DNA of 64,000 nt, from the NCBI RefSeq assembly GCF_009914755.1, contig NC_060926.1; one strand, 5' to 3'. The first letter of the stretch is position 1. Every line of letters begins with the position of its first letter. The notes beneath the pieces were generated by a model. That model did no database searches. It saw only the letters and a program-made list of their open reading frames with translations, and had not been told where the DNA came from. The translations under genes were made by a program, and so were the position numbers. Of this stretch, positions 61,421-64,000 are shown one piece after another. Origin of the DNA: the human T2T-CHM13v2.0 reference genome, Homo sapiens.

Positions 61421-63549
61421 GCAACTGACAGCAACATAACAGCCCAAGAAATTTATCAGAGATGGAACAACCAGCTGATTTAATTTATCATGCTCATTTT
61501 GTTATGATGACACGTGTATGGAGTCTAATTCACAATTAAAAAGAGAAATAAGACCCTTTTACTAGTTAAATATCTGACTCCTTGACTGATAGGTTTAGTA
61601 AAACATTTAGATATTTCTGAATAAGCAGATGTTCTATATGGGAAATCAATCCAGGTGTGACTCAAATTTTCAGTTTTCCTGGATTCTTATTTTTTAAAAT
61701 GTCTCTATATAATGAAGTTAGCAAGTTATGTGATTTTTGAAATTAGTTTTCTTTCTTACATAAAAGGGTAGAAATGTGTGGTTTTTGAATCATAAGCAAT
61801 GGATGAGTGACATGATGCTTGCCAATTTGTCTAATCATCCCACACCATTTACATATTAACTTTTATAAAGATACTTGAAAAATAAATTGATGTAACAGGT
61901 ATGTCTCTTTGTTTTTAAAACACACCAAGAGAGTCAACTATACTCATATGATGCATACTTATGATAGGAGGAAAGAAAACACCTGGTTTCAGAATAAGAT
62001 CACAGAGGTGTTACATTCTTACCTCATCTACCTTTATATGCCTTGTTTCGTAGGTACTCTTATTTTAACAAAAAAGAAAAAAAAAAAAAAAAGAACCTCT
62101 GCTTTTCCCAGGCTGCCTCAGTACTTTGGCAAGTTAAATACAGAAGGAATTATTTTTCATGGTGAAAAGACTATACAGCCTCATGAACACCAGGGTTTAT
62201 GATGGCCTTCAGCAACAGTACTGTGCTTGGCGCCTCTATAATTTTATTTGATCCAGGGAAAAACAGCTTAAGTTATATAATGGACATTCTCTTCAAATTT
62301 CCTTTCTTTGCAGGCTTGCACATGTATTGTTTTATGTACACCAGTATCAGTCTTTGTGATTCAATGCTGCCAAAAATACTCTTTGATGAATGCTAATAAA
62401 TAATATTACTCTGTAGTTTTTAAGGTTGGGAGTGGGAAAGAACAAAAGCCAAGTCTGAATAAATTATAGTCTACATTTGACATTGAAAATTGGACCAAAT
62501 ACACATGGCATCAAAACATGAAATCTGTCCAGTCAGAATATTTCCTTCTCCTCCTGTCCATGTTAATCAATGGGACCGCTTAATATAAGAGTCTTTATAG
62601 TGCATACCAGCAAATATGGGATCATATGTTACAACACAATAATCTATAGTTAATGGATTTGGAGGTTTTAGCAAAATTCCATGACATGTTGGAATGCATA
62701 TTGTAGCTATGTTTCTTACACACGAAATGTGTAGCACATGCTCTTGGGATTCTGAAATATTCATCTATTCTGGCAATAGAACTCCATCAAGACTTTGCTG
62801 TTGATGAAAAAGGTAGAACTTTCTAGTGTCTATTTGTTATTAACTAATTATAAAAGTGATTATAAATTATTAGCCAAGGGAAAAATGACTCACAGATAAT
62901 AACTAGTAACATGGTGAGTACTCATTTTGAGTATACCTTTCAAAATTGTCTGGCAATATATTTTTTTCATGATCAATTTCAGGTATTCTGTCAAATAATT
63001 TGAGGATCCCATGTATCAATGCTCAAGATCCATGAACATTTATCAAAGTGTAACATGGTAAGATTGAAAGAGACTTAACATACATAGGTTGGCAGTATAA
63101 ATTTTCATCCAAAAAGGGGCACTTTTGAAAGCAAAAGAGAATGCTATCCAGAAAGGACACTGGGTGACTGCAACTATCCTGCAGAAGAATGGGACCTATG
63201 GCAACTCAATTAAAACAAAACTGAGGACATTAAAATAGGTCACTCTATCAGTGTCAGACCTGCGTCTCCAAAGACCTTTGCTTTATATTTTCCTATATGT
63301 CATGACATCAGCCCAAACTTAAAATGTCTAACATGACAATTATCTACAAATTTGGCTTCACCACTGGCTTGCCTATTTTTGCCAGTGTTAACATCATTCT
63401 CCCAACTACTCATTTCCATAGGAAAAAAAAAATCTAATTTGGCATTGTTAATTTTGCTCAATGTGATTGTAATTTGCACTGCATTTGTTAGGCAAACATT
63501 TATTTATACATATTATTTATATGGCAGATATTGTAGACATCTTCTAAGT

Positions 63550-64000
63550 CACATTTGATATTGTTAGATTTCATAATTTTCTAATCTAATTTATTTATAA
63601 TCATCTCTTACGGTAGTTAAAATGGGCAATTGCCTGAATGCTACTGAAATTCGGTACATTTACCTACGTTTATTGGCCATTTGTGTTTCCTCTTCCGAGA
63701 AATACCTGTTCATATCTTTTATCAGGTTTAAAATTTGTTGTTTCTCTTATTCATATTTGCAGTTCTTTTTGTATTTTTATATTAATTATTTTCAGTTATA
63801 TGTGTTATAAATATGATTAACCCTTTATTGCTTGTGTTTTCACTTTATTCCTGACTTCAACTGAACAGAAGCTCTTAAATTTAAAAATGTCAAACTTGTC
63901 AATATTTCTTTTTATGCTTATTATATATTTAGGTGTCGTGTTTAAAAGATTATTTTATAGCCTGAAATAATAGAAAAATTCATCTATGCATTCCACTTAA
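63550..64000 (-). mobile_element. Ancient L1ME ORF2/3' fragment
   Basis: gtttattggccatttgtgtttcctcttc...cctgttcatatcttt...gaacagaagctcttaaattt. Confidence 0.75.

Overview
AT-rich, CpG-depleted primate (very probably human) non-coding DNA, either intergenic or inside a very large intron. No intact protein-coding gene is visible. The only recognisable ORFs in the track are transposon remnants (L1 ORF2p, THE1 internal ORF, Alu-derived). The window holds many interspersed repeats: a near full-length hAT/Charlie transposase fossil, about 10 Alu/FLAM elements, several L1s, a full LTR-int-LTR THE1 element, MaLR and ERV1 solo LTRs, L2, MIR, Tigger3, an ancient CR1/L3 RT fragment, and a processed U7 snRNA pseudogene with TSDs. 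The most notable structures are a perfect 91-bp tandem duplication starting exactly at a HindIII site, a nested L1-in-L1 plus twin-priming composite, an internally deleted L1 that keeps both ends, a tandem GAS (STAT) palindrome inside the Charlie fossil, and a strong minus-strand bias of L1/MaLR insertions that suggests a + strand host transcript. I found no convincing new biological system. Subfamily calls come from remembered consensus sequences, not a database search, and boundaries of old repeats are approximate.
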